From an uncultured virus (IMG/VR IMGVR_UViG_3300025767_000006) (taxonomy: Duplodnaviria > Heunggongvirae > Uroviricota > Caudoviricetes), in the IMG/VR virus record IMGVR_UViG_3300025767_000006: DNA of 64,000 nt, one strand, 5' to 3'. Shown one piece after another: positions 18,078 to 27,771 of this stretch. Below the pieces are notes generated by a model. It was not told where the DNA came from. It saw nothing but the letters and a program-made list of their open reading frames with translations, and did no database searches. Position 1 is the first letter of the stretch. Each line of letters opens with the position of its first letter. The position numbers and the translations under genes are program-made.

Positions 18078-20726
18078 ATGGCAGATAGAATCCCTCTAGT
18101 CATAAGTGATAATAAACTCAGAGAAATATCCGCATCAGATAATTTAAAAGTTTCAGGCGTTGTGCCCGTTACTGGAAGCACTTACGATTTGGGTAGTTCA
18201 GCTGCACGTTTTTCTAAATTATATGTAGATTCACAAGGTATATACACCGGTGGATTATATCTTAAAGATTCAAATGGCACATTGGCCGCATTCAACTTAG
18301 ACGGATCAGCAGCTTCAATTGCTGGTGGTGTAAGTGGTTTGACTTGGACAGCAGCCGATAACGAACTTTCTGCAGCTTCTGCTGATGGTTCAAGCACAAC
18401 TGTCGTAATTGACGAAATGCTAGATCTTGACATTACCAATGACTTAATTGTTGGTGGTGACATTAAAACTGGAACTGTGTGGATCAAAGACGACGGTTCA
18501 AATACTATTAAATTTACGCAATCTGACGGCACTACTGCAGCAACTATTAGTAGCGATAACATTGATGCTACTACAATTGCTAATGGTACTTCAAACGTTG
18601 CTGTTGCGGCTAGTTCAGACGTAACTATCGATGCTGCTGGTTCAACTATTGTTACTGTTGCTAGCTCAAGAGTTACACTTGATCAGAACACAACTGTTAA
18701 TGGTACTCTTGATGTTACTGGTAACCTCACAGTTAACGGAACAACTACAACAGTCAATTCAACAAATAGTTTAGTTGCTGATCCTTTAATTGAGTTAAAT
18801 ACAGGTGCAACTTCGAACGCTAACGACTTGGGCTTTATTTTCGAGCGTGGTTCAACTGGCGACAATGCTGTGTTTGCTTGGGACGAGAGTGTAGACAAGT
18901 TTGTTGTTGGTACAACAACAGCAACAGGTGCTAGTACAGGCGATCTTACAATCGCTAGTGGAACACTTGTGGCAGCAACATTTGAAGGTGCTTTAACTGG
19001 TGATGTAACTGGTAACGCAGACACAGCAACAGCACTTGAAACTGCAAGAAATATTGGTGGTGTGTCATTTGATGGAACAGCAGCAATTAATCTTCCAGGT
19101 GTTAATACTGCTGGTAACCAAGACACTAGTGGTAACGCGGCAACAGCAACAGCACTTGCAACAGCAAGAGCAATCGCACTAAGCGGTGATGTAACTGGTA
19201 CAGCTAACTTTGATGGTAGTGCAGGTATTACTATTGCAGCAACAATTGCAGCTAACTCAGTTGCACTAGGTACAGACACAACTGGCAACTATGTTGAAAG
19301 TTTAGTTGGTGGTAATGGTATTACTGCTGGCGCCGCAGCAGAAGGCGGAACACCGTCTATTGCAGTTGACTTAACTGACAACAGCATCTTTGCTACTGAC
19401 GGCACTGTAAGCCGTGCTGTAGTACTAGACGCTAGTGGTGACTTCTCTGCTAACATGATCACATCAGATCTAACTGGCGATGTAACTGGTAATGCAGATA
19501 CAGCAACAGCACTTGCAACAGCAAGAGCGATTCAAGTTAGTGGTGCTGTAACTGGTACTGCAAACTTTGATGGAAGTGCAGCAATTAACATTGTTACAAC
19601 TGCAACAGCAGATCCAACACTAACATTGGCTGGTGATTTGAGTGGTAGTGCTACATTTACTAACCTTGGTAATGCTACACTAACAGCAACTATTGCTGCT
19701 AACAGTGTTGCACTTGGTACAGACACAACTGGTAACTATGTAAATGCAGCATCAGGTGGTAACGGTATTACTGTTACACATACACCAGCTGAAGGTTCAA
19801 GCATTGGTGTTGCAGTTGACCTAACTGACACAGCAATCTTTGCTAGTGATGGTACAGCAAGTCGTGCAGTAGTACTAGATGCAAGTGGTGACTTTACAGC
19901 AACTACAGCAACATTCACTAACATGGATGGTATCCTAGGTGCTAACACAGCGGCAGCAGCCACAGTAACAACACTTGATGTAAGCCTACTAGCAAGTCTA
20001 GATGGTGGTATTGATGTTGATGGTGCATTTACTGTAGCAAATACATCTGGTAATATTGCAACAACCGGTACTCTTGATGTTACTGGTGATGTTGATATTA
20101 ATAGCAACTTCACTATTGCTGGTGCAACTGGTAACACAGTAATTGGTGGTACTCTTGAAGTTGTTGGTGCTGTTGTGCTTGATGGTGACTTACAAGTTAA
20201 TGGTACTACCACAACTGTAAACGCTGAAAACCTTTCAGTTTCAGATAACATGATCTACATGAATGGTGCTGAATCTGCTGGTTCACCAACGCAATCAATT
20301 GATATTGGTTGGGCTGGTAACTACAACGAAGGTGGTACATATGCTCATGCTGGTTTCTTCCGGGATGCTACAGATCAAATCTTTAAAGCATACGATGGTT
20401 ATACACTTGAACCAGATGCTGCATCACAAATCAATACTGGCCATGGTTCATTTGCATTAGCTGATATTCAAGCTGCAACGTTTATTGGTGATTTAACTGG
20501 TAATGCAAACACTGCTTCAGCATGGGTAAACAGCCGTAACATCACATTAAGTGGTGATATCACTGGTTCTACAACTGGTGTTAATGGTAGTGGTAACATT
20601 ACTATTACTAACATGGCAATTGGTGCTGGTACTGTTGGTTCAACAGAACTTGCAAGTGCTTCAACATTGTTGATTAAGAACTCAGCCGGTACTACTGTTA
20701 AAACAATTATTGGAGCAGGTGCTTAA
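18078..20726 (+). CDS. Tail fibre protein (882 aa)
   Basis: Gly/Ala/Thr-rich; GNADTATALATAR and ANSVALGTDTTGNYV repeats. Confidence 0.8.
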   Translation: MADRIPLVISDNKLREISASDNLKVSGVVPVTGSTYDLGSSAARFSKLYVDSQGIYTGGLYLKDSNGTLAAFNLDGSAASIAGGVSGLTWTAADNELSAASADGSSTTVVIDEMLDLDITNDLIVGGDIKTGTVWIKDDGSNTIKFTQSDGTTAATISSDNIDATTIANGTSNVAVAASSDVTIDAAGSTIVTVASSRVTLDQNTTVNGTLDVTGNLTVNGTTTTVNSTNSLVADPLIELNTGATSNANDLGFIFERGSTGDNAVFAWDESVDKFVVGTTTATGASTGDLTIASGTLVAATFEGALTGDVTGNADTATALETARNIGGVSFDGTAAINLPGVNTAGNQDTSGNAATATALATARAIALSGDVTGTANFDGSAGITIAATIAANSVALGTDTTGNYVESLVGGNGITAGAAAEGGTPSIAVDLTDNSIFATDGTVSRAVVLDASGDFSANMITSDLTGDVTGNADTATALATARAIQVSGAVTGTANFDGSAAINIVTTATADPTLTLAGDLSGSATFTNLGNATLTATIAANSVALGTDTTGNYVNAASGGNGITVTHTPAEGSSIGVAVDLTDTAIFASDGTASRAVVLDASGDFTATTATFTNMDGILGANTAAAATVTTLDVSLLASLDGGIDVDGAFTVANTSGNIATTGTLDVTGDVDINSNFTIAGATGNTVIGGTLEVVGAVVLDGDLQVNGTTTTVNAENLSVSDNMIYMNGAESAGSPTQSIDIGWAGNYNEGGTYAHAGFFRDATDQIFKAYDGYTLEPDAASQINTGHGSFALADIQAATFIGDLTGNANTASAWVNSRNITLSGDITGSTTGVNGSGNITITNMAIGAGTVGSTELASASTLLIKNSAGTTVKTIIGAGA

Positions 20727-20730
20727 TTAA

Positions 20731-21486
20731 ATGGCTAACCCGAACTCTCGACAAACATTAATTGACTATTGCTTACGGCGCTTAGGCGCACCTGTTATTG
20801 AGATTAATGTTGATGAGGATCAAATTGAAGATCGTATTGATGAAGCTATTCAATACTATCAAGAGTATCATTCAGATGCCACTAAAAAGGGATATCTGAA
20901 GCATAAATTGACCTCAACCGACATCACAAATAAATACGTGACTTTGAGTAGTGATATTCAAACGGTGTCGAGTATGTTCAGGGTTAACTCCACATTTTCC
21001 CAAACCGGCAATATGTTCGATATCAAATATCAAATGGCTTTAAACGACATTTGGGATCTCGCAACATTTGCCGGTGATTTGGCTTATTACGAACAAATTC
21101 AACAATACCTTTCAACTTTAGATATGAAATTGAATGGTGCTCCACTAGTTAACTTTGTACGTAGACAAAATAGACTTTATATCTATGGTCATATTGAAGA
21201 TAAAGATTTAGAAGAAAATGATTATATTGTTTTAGAAACATATCAAACAATTGATCCAGATTCTTTTACATCAGTGTATAACGATATGTGGTTAAAATCA
21301 TACGCCACATCTTTACTTAAATTGCAATGGGGCATGAATTTAATTAAATTTGAAGGTATGCAATTACCCGGAGGAGTTATCATCAACGGAAGACAAATGT
21401 TTGATGACGCTCAGGCTGAGATCCAAGAATTACAAGAAAAGATCCGGCTAGAGCATGAGCTTCCGCCAGACTTTTTTATGGGATGA
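20731..21486 (+). CDS. gp13: Neck protein gp13
   Basis: LRRLGAPVIEINV, QWG.NL.KF.GMQLPGG; synteny. Confidence 0.93.
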   Translation: MANPNSRQTLIDYCLRRLGAPVIEINVDEDQIEDRIDEAIQYYQEYHSDATKKGYLKHKLTSTDITNKYVTLSSDIQTVSSMFRVNSTFSQTGNMFDIKYQMALNDIWDLATFAGDLAYYEQIQQYLSTLDMKLNGAPLVNFVRRQNRLYIYGHIEDKDLEENDYIVLETYQTIDPDSFTSVYNDMWLKSYATSLLKLQWGMNLIKFEGMQLPGGVIINGRQMFDDAQAEIQELQEKIRLEHELPPDFFMG

Positions 21487-21490
21487 TTAA

Positions 21491-22396
21491 ATGGCACGTA
21501 ATATTTACTTCTCAGAAAAAGTAAAATCTGAACATGAGCTATATGAAAACATTGTCATAGAATCTTTAAAGATTTATGGATCAGATGTTTATTATATTCC
21601 TCGTGATTTAGTAAATGAAAATACTATTTTCGGCGAAGATGCTGAATCATCATTCAATTCTGCTTACAAAGTTGAAATGTATATCGACAATATAGAAGGA
21701 TTTGAGGGAGAAGGAGATCTTTTCTCTAGATTCGGTGTTGAAATACGAGATGAGGCAACATTTGTAGTATCCAGACGTAGATGGACACAAACTGTTGCTA
21801 GATATGATAATGATATTGAAAGTGAAAGACCTCGCGAAGGTGATTTAATTTACTTACCTCTTTCTAATTCTACTTTCCAAATTACTCATGTTGAACATGA
21901 GATGCCATTTTATCAGATTGCAAACTTAAACGTATTTAAATTACGTTGTACTTTGTTTGAATATACTGGTGAAGATTTGGATACTGGAATTGCAGCAATA
22001 GATGATATTGAAACTGATTTCACTTATCAATATATTCTTACATTAGATTCAGATTCAATTGCTACTGTTCCTGGTCATACCGCTAGTATGACTTTAAGTG
22101 ATGGTGTAATAGTATCTGGAGAAGTTGTAAAATATTCTGATAGTGATAACTTATTATACTTAGCGCATGTTGGTGCTGATGATGGTAATTATCATACGTT
22201 TGCTGCTGGAAGAACAATTACTATTAGTGGTAGAGGGACCACATGGGACGGAGCTTTAATTGATTCAGATCTTACAGTATTAAGTGTTTCTGAACTAAAT
22301 AATCTTTCAAATAATGAACAAAACGATTTCTTTGACACTGAAACAACAGATTTCTTAGACTTCTCAGAAAATAATCCATTTGGAGATCCTAATTAA
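21491..22396 (+). CDS. gp14: Neck protein gp14
   Basis: YYIPR, FSRFG.EIRDE, RPREGDLIY.P, PFYQ, ENNPFG. Confidence 0.92.
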   Translation: MARNIYFSEKVKSEHELYENIVIESLKIYGSDVYYIPRDLVNENTIFGEDAESSFNSAYKVEMYIDNIEGFEGEGDLFSRFGVEIRDEATFVVSRRRWTQTVARYDNDIESERPREGDLIYLPLSNSTFQITHVEHEMPFYQIANLNVFKLRCTLFEYTGEDLDTGIAAIDDIETDFTYQYILTLDSDSIATVPGHTASMTLSDGVIVSGEVVKYSDSDNLLYLAHVGADDGNYHTFAAGRTITISGRGTTWDGALIDSDLTVLSVSELNNLSNNEQNDFFDTETTDFLDFSENNPFGDPN

Positions 22397-22659
22397 TGAG
22401 TGATGATATTTTTGATTTTGGATTTACTACAGTTAATGAAGAAGAACTTCAAGCTGTACAAGAGACAACTGCAAAGGTAGAACTATCAGCAGCCGAAGCT
22501 AAGACTGCACAAGAGAAATTAGACAAATTATATAATGCAGTAATACCACTTTTAAATAATTTAAAAAAGAATCCAGAAAAAGAATACATATTGTGGCCTA
22601 ATAGACTAAAAAAAGTAGAAGAATTTGAAGACCATTTACAAGGGATTTATAACAGCTAA
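22396..22659 (+). CDS. Hypothetical protein
   Basis: FDFGFT..LLNNLKKNPEKEYILWPNR; coupled to both neighbours. Confidence 0.7.
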   Translation: MSDDIFDFGFTTVNEEELQAVQETTAKVELSAAEAKTAQEKLDKLYNAVIPLLNNLKKNPEKEYILWPNRLKKVEEFEDHLQGIYNS

Positions 22660-23450
22660 TGTTTGGTGCACATTTTTATCACGAAAAAACTAAAAAATGC
22701 GTTGCAGCATTCGGAAGGCTGTTTAACGACATTTATGTAGTGCGCAAAAATAGTAGTGGTGGTGGAATATCTCAGATAAAAGTGCCATTATCGTATGCAC
22801 CAAAGTCAAAGTATTTAGATAGAATTAGAGAAAATCCTAATTTAGATACTGATACAAAAGTAGCAATTAAACTCCCAAGAATGTCTTTTGAGATTACAAG
22901 TATTGCATATGATACTACACGCCAATTGTCTAAGTTGAATAATATTCAAGGGTTGACGTCAAGTACTACTGCACGTAACAAATTGTTTACAGGTGTCCCA
23001 TACGTTTTATCTTTTCAATTGAATATTTACGCGAAATCTCAAGATGACGCGTTACAAATTGTTGAACAAATATTACCAACGTTTAATCCTCAATATACTC
23101 TAACTATGATTCCTTTTGGTACTGAGTATCCATCATTTAGAGAAGATATCCCAGTTAGTATTGCTGGTGTTGGATTTACTGATGACTTTGAAGGAGAGGT
23201 TGCCGCGCGCAGAACAATTATCTATAATTTAGATTTTGAAATGCGTGTACAATATCACGGTGGTATTGGTCAAGCTAATGTTATCCGTCAAACAACTTCG
23301 CGATTATATAATATTGGTGGTGGATTAGCTGATTCTGATTTAAGATTAGAAACAATTATTAGTAACCCAGATCCACTAACAACTATTGGTTCAGCTGATA
23401 GTGATTTTGGATTTACTAGAACATACTATGGTGCAGATAGTGACGGATGA
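22659..23450 (+). CDS. gp15: Tail terminator/sheath stabiliser gp15
   Basis: FG.LFNDI, KVPLSYAPK, LPRMSFE, QIVEQILP.F.P. Confidence 0.92.
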   Translation: MFGAHFYHEKTKKCVAAFGRLFNDIYVVRKNSSGGGISQIKVPLSYAPKSKYLDRIRENPNLDTDTKVAIKLPRMSFEITSIAYDTTRQLSKLNNIQGLTSSTTARNKLFTGVPYVLSFQLNIYAKSQDDALQIVEQILPTFNPQYTLTMIPFGTEYPSFREDIPVSIAGVGFTDDFEGEVAARRTIIYNLDFEMRVQYHGGIGQANVIRQTTSRLYNIGGGLADSDLRLETIISNPDPLTTIGSADSDFGFTRTYYGADSDG

Positions 23451-23784
23451 TAAATCTAAACAAGATTATGAGTATTCGCGTGATACGTATTACGAATTAA
23501 TTGAAAAAGGTAAAGATGCTCTTGAAGATATGATTCAAGTTGCTAGAGAATCTGAGCATCCTCGAGCTTTTGAAGTTTTATCTACATTAATTAAAAATGT
23601 TTCAGACGTTAACGATAAATTAATGGATTTAAATAAAAAACAAAAAGAGCTTGACAGAAAAGATGAGCCAAAGGTTGAAAATCAGCAAAATAATTTCTTT
23701 TTATCAACAGCTGAAGTTCAAAAAATGTTGGCACAAGGTGATATAATTGATGCAACTCCCACAGACGATAGCGTACCTCGGTAA
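23386..23784 (+). CDS. gp16: Terminase small subunit gp16
   Basis: DYEYSR, ESEHPRAFEV; real start likely 23428 or 23440. Confidence 0.88.
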   Translation: MVQLIVILDLLEHTMVQIVTDDKSKQDYEYSRDTYYELIEKGKDALEDMIQVARESEHPRAFEVLSTLIKNVSDVNDKLMDLNKKQKELDRKDEPKVENQQNNFFLSTAEVQKMLAQGDIIDATPTDDSVPR

Positions 23785-25339
23785 TTCAAACGTCAAACGT
23801 GATGGAGTTCCTGAGCAATGGACTCCAGAAAAATTAAAAGAATATAAAAAATGCATGGAAGATCCAGCGTATTTTGCCGAGAAGTATCTTAAAGTAATTC
23901 ACTTAGATAAAGGATTAGTTCCATTTAAGCTATATCCTTATCAACGCGAAATGTTTGACCATTTTAATAATAACCGTTTTTCTATTGTTCTTGCATGTCG
24001 ACAATCTGGCAAATCAATTAGCTCTGTTGCGTATTTACTTTGGTTTGCACTATTTCATTCAGAAAAAACAATTGCTATTCTTGCAAATAAAGGAGCAACT
24101 GCACGCGAGATGCTTGCACGTGTTACATTAATGCTTGAAAATATACCATTCTTTTTACAACCTGGATGTAAAGCACTTAATAAAGGTTCTATTGAATTTT
24201 CTAATAATTCTAGAATTATGGCGGCAGCAACTTCAGGCAGCTCTATTCGTGGTATGTCTGTTAATTTATTGTATTTAGATGAGTTTGCTTTTGTGGAGCG
24301 CGCGACTGAGTTTTATACGTCCACATATCCAGTTGTATCTTCTGGTAAAGATACAAAAGTAATTATTACTTCTACCGCTAATGGTATTGGTAATATGTTT
24401 TATAAGATATGGGAAGGCGCAGAACAAAAAGTAAATGAATTTAAATCTTTTAGAGTTGATTGGTTTGATGTTCCTGGAAGAGATGAAGAATGGAAAAATC
24501 AAACAATATCAAATACCAGTCAATTACAATTTGACCAGGAGTTTGGAAATACTTTTTTCGGTACTGGTGATACTTTAATTAATGCCGAAGTTTTAATGAA
24601 ACTTAGAGCAAAAAATCCAATTAAAGTAATGGAAGGTGGAGACCTATTAATATACAAAGAGCCTTTAAAGGGTCATGAATATATTATGACAGTCGATGTA
24701 AGTAAGGGAAGAGGACAGGATTATTCTACTTTTAATTTGATCGATATTAGTACTAGTCCATTTGAGCAAGTAGCTGTTTATCGCCGCAATACTATCTCTC
24801 CAATACTCTTCCCTAACATTATATATAAGTATTCGGTTTCTTATAATAATGCATATGTTGTTATAGAATCAAATGATCAAGGCGCTGTAGTTTGTAATGG
24901 ATTATATCATGATTTAGAATATGAGAATATGCACGTAGAATCAACTGTTAAATCAAATGCTTTAGGTATCAATATGAACCGTAAAGTAAAACGGTTAGGC
25001 TGTTCTGCAATTAAAGATATTATAGAAAATTATAAAATAGATATCGTTGATGAAAATACTATTTTAGAAATTTCAACATTTACTTCTAGTGGTCAATCAT
25101 TTGAAGCTTCTGATGGTAATCATGACGATTTAATGATGAACTTAGTTATGTTTGGTTATTTTGCAACAACACAATTTTTTGGTGATATGACTGATATTGA
25201 TCTAAAACAAATGTTGTTCGAACAAAAAATGCAAGATATTGCTGATGATATAGTACCCTTTGGATTTATTGATGATGGATCAGATTTTATTGAGTCATTA
25301 GATAATGAAAAACCTGAGTGGTTTGTTAAGTTTGATTAA
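23747..25339 (+). CDS. gp17: Terminase large subunit gp17
   Basis: RQSGKS Walker A, YLDEFAF Walker B, nuclease DVSKG, HDDL. Confidence 0.96.
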   Translation: MMQLPQTIAYLGNSNVKRDGVPEQWTPEKLKEYKKCMEDPAYFAEKYLKVIHLDKGLVPFKLYPYQREMFDHFNNNRFSIVLACRQSGKSISSVAYLLWFALFHSEKTIAILANKGATAREMLARVTLMLENIPFFLQPGCKALNKGSIEFSNNSRIMAAATSGSSIRGMSVNLLYLDEFAFVERATEFYTSTYPVVSSGKDTKVIITSTANGIGNMFYKIWEGAEQKVNEFKSFRVDWFDVPGRDEEWKNQTISNTSQLQFDQEFGNTFFGTGDTLINAEVLMKLRAKNPIKVMEGGDLLIYKEPLKGHEYIMTVDVSKGRGQDYSTFNLIDISTSPFEQVAVYRRNTISPILFPNIIYKYSVSYNNAYVVIESNDQGAVVCNGLYHDLEYENMHVESTVKSNALGINMNRKVKRLGCSAIKDIIENYKIDIVDENTILEISTFTSSGQSFEASDGNHDDLMMNLVMFGYFATTQFFGDMTDIDLKQMLFEQKMQDIADDIVPFGFIDDGSDFIESLDNEKPEWFVKFD

Positions 25340-25341
25340 AT

Positions 25342-25349
25342 TATAAATA
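25342..25349 (+). promoter_or_regulatory. T4-type late promoter
   Basis: TATAAATA upstream of gp18. Confidence 0.75.
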
Positions 25350-25412
25350 TACATGAAATTGAAAAACACCGTATTATGTATCGTATAATCTGAACCTAAA
25401 AAGGGAAAGCAC

Positions 25413-27158
25413 ATGGCATTATTTACACCATCAGCATCTCCTGCAGTAGTCGTAAAAGAGATTGATCTCACAGGCGGAGTACCGAATGTGCAGACCTCTA
25501 CAGGCGCAATTGTAGGAAACTTTAGATGGGGGCCTGTTGGCGAAAGAGTCTTAGTTGCTAATGAAGCAGGACTAATTCAAACATTCGGCGCTCCAAATCT
25601 AACCGCATCAACTGCACAAGATTTTCATAACGCAAGTTACTTCTTGCGCTATTCAAATTCGCTGTACGTTGTTAGAGAAGCAACAGACGAAGCATTAAAT
25701 GCTCAGACTCATAAAACTGGAGTAGATCCAGTTGCAAAAGCTGTTAACAACAAACCAGCATTTGACATTACTACATTCGATAGTGGTCAAACATTCATTG
25801 CTAAATATCCAGGCGATTTAGGCAACTCACTTAGAGTTTCTATCTGTCCGCCAGATTCAGCAGGCGGATCAAGTTTCGCAGACTGGATCTATAAATCATC
25901 TTTTGATGGCGCACCAAGCACATCATCTTATGATTCAGCCCGTAACGGTATTTCCACAGAAGTACACATCGCAATTGTCGATAAAAACGGCGAGTTCACT
26001 GGTACAAAAGGAACAGTTCTTGAAGCGTTCCCATATGTGTCATTGGCAGGAAACTCAAAAAATGCAGATGGAACGACTAATTACGTAAAAGATGTAATTA
26101 ATACACGTTCACAGTATGTCTATTTAACAAACTTTGATTCTGCATTTGACGCTAAAAACGCTGGAGATAACCTAACACCAGGCACAAATAAGAATTACGC
26201 AGTGTCGGGTGTACCTATTACCAATTATGATTTTGCTGATGGATTCTATAGTTATACTCTTACTGCATCAGAATACGCAACAGGTTTTGATCTTTTTGAA
26301 GATAAAGATGCTGTTGAAATTGATTTCTTAATTGCTCCATCATTGGTTGCCACATCAGCGCAAACTACAGTTGTTAATGATCTTGCATCAATTGCGACTG
26401 CACGTAAAGATTGTGTTGTTGTTACATCACCAGCTAGAAATGATGTTATTGGTATTAATAACGAAACAACAATTACCAACAACTTAGTTACAACTGCTGG
26501 TAACTTTACTAAGTCTTCTTATCTAATTATGGATGGAAACTTCTTAAAAGTTTATGATAAGTTCAATGATCAGTATCTAGAAATTCCTGCCGCATCATCT
26601 ACAGCTGGTCTCATGGCTGAAACTGATAGAAATGCTGCTCCATGGTTCTCACCAGCTGGTGTTAAACGTGGGCAATATTTAGGTGTAACAGGTATTACCT
26701 ATAACCCTAATAAAACTAACCGTGATACTCTTTACAAAGCTGGTGTTAACCCAATTGTAAATATTCAAGGTTCTGGGGTTATTCTTTTCGGGGATAAGAC
26801 TCTCCTTAATAGACCTTCTGCTTTTGATAGAATCAATGTTCGTAGACTCTTCCTTGTTCTTGAAAGAGCAATTGCAAGAGCAGCCGAAGGCGTAATGTTT
26901 GAATTCAACGATGAGTTTACTCGGGCCGAATTCGTAAATATTATTGAACCGGTTCTTCGCGATGTCAAAGGTCGTCGTGGTATCACTGACTTCCGTATTG
27001 TTGCTGATGAAACAGTCAATACACCAGAAGTTATTGATAGAAATGAATTCATCGCTAATATCTTCATCAAGCCAGCTCGGTCAATCAACTACGTAACTCT
27101 GAACTTCGTAGCCGTAAGATCTGGTGTTGACTTCGAAGAAGTCGTTGGCACAGTGTAA
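25413..27158 (+). CDS. gp18: Tail sheath protein gp18
   Basis: SP.V.VKEIDLT, WGP, PWFSPAG, RINVRRLF, IKPARSIN. Confidence 0.96.
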   Translation: MALFTPSASPAVVVKEIDLTGGVPNVQTSTGAIVGNFRWGPVGERVLVANEAGLIQTFGAPNLTASTAQDFHNASYFLRYSNSLYVVREATDEALNAQTHKTGVDPVAKAVNNKPAFDITTFDSGQTFIAKYPGDLGNSLRVSICPPDSAGGSSFADWIYKSSFDGAPSTSSYDSARNGISTEVHIAIVDKNGEFTGTKGTVLEAFPYVSLAGNSKNADGTTNYVKDVINTRSQYVYLTNFDSAFDAKNAGDNLTPGTNKNYAVSGVPITNYDFADGFYSYTLTASEYATGFDLFEDKDAVEIDFLIAPSLVATSAQTTVVNDLASIATARKDCVVVTSPARNDVIGINNETTITNNLVTTAGNFTKSSYLIMDGNFLKVYDKFNDQYLEIPAASSTAGLMAETDRNAAPWFSPAGVKRGQYLGVTGITYNPNKTNRDTLYKAGVNPIVNIQGSGVILFGDKTLLNRPSAFDRINVRRLFLVLERAIARAAEGVMFEFNDEFTRAEFVNIIEPVLRDVKGRRGITDFRIVADETVNTPEVIDRNEFIANIFIKPARSINYVTLNFVAVRSGVDFEEVVGTV

Positions 27159-27169
27159 GGAGATAAAAA

Positions 27170-27709
27170 ATGGCATTAGGTTCAGTAGATCAATTTAAAG
27201 CTAGACTTGCTGGTGGCGGAGCTAGAGGTAACCTATTCCAGGTAACTCTTGCAAATCCACGTGGAGGTCTCGGTGTTAATTTAGATGTAGACTTTGCATC
27301 TTTTATGTGTGAAGCGGCTCAATTACCAGCCTCTTCAGTTGGTACAATTACAATTCCATTTCGTGGGCGCCAAATGAAGGTTGCCGGAGATCGTGTATTC
27401 GATGTTTGGACTGTAACTGTAATTAACGACACAGGGTTTAAGATTAGAAATGAAATGGAAAAATGGATGAATGCAATTTCAAACCATGCAGATGCTGGTG
27501 GAATTCAAAATCCAGAACTCTATTTCACGGATTTAAAAGTAGAACAGTTTGATAGAGATAATTCTGTTATTAAAACTTATACTTTTAAAGATGCATGGCC
27601 TTCAGAAATTTCAGCTATTGATGTTTCTTATGGTGATACAGATACAATCGAAAGATTTACTATCACTTGGCAGTATCAGTATTGGACATCTAATACTACC
27701 GACGCTTAA
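27170..27709 (+). CDS. gp19: Tail tube protein gp19
   Basis: GGAR.NLF, PFRGR..KVAGDR.F..W..TV.ND. Confidence 0.94.
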   Translation: MALGSVDQFKARLAGGGARGNLFQVTLANPRGGLGVNLDVDFASFMCEAAQLPASSVGTITIPFRGRQMKVAGDRVFDVWTVTVINDTGFKIRNEMEKWMNAISNHADAGGIQNPELYFTDLKVEQFDRDNSVIKTYTFKDAWPSEISAIDVSYGDTDTIERFTITWQYQYWTSNTTDA

Positions 27710-27725
27710 TAAGAGTATACATAAA

Positions 27726-27752
27726 GGGGTAGAGTGAATAATGCTCTACCCC
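27726..27752 (+). terminator. Stem-loop after gp19 (possible terminator/processing site)
   Basis: ggggtagagt-gaataat-gctctacccc; no strong U tract. Confidence 0.5.
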
Positions 27753-27771
27753 CACTTGTAAGGGAAAGTAA

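Noticed and set aside
18182..20251. Long minus-strand ORFs (126, 201, 64, 171 aa) opposite the fibre gene
   Set aside because: Antisense shadows of codon-biased Ala/Thr/Gly-rich coding sequence; the same applies to other short overlapping ORFs in the track
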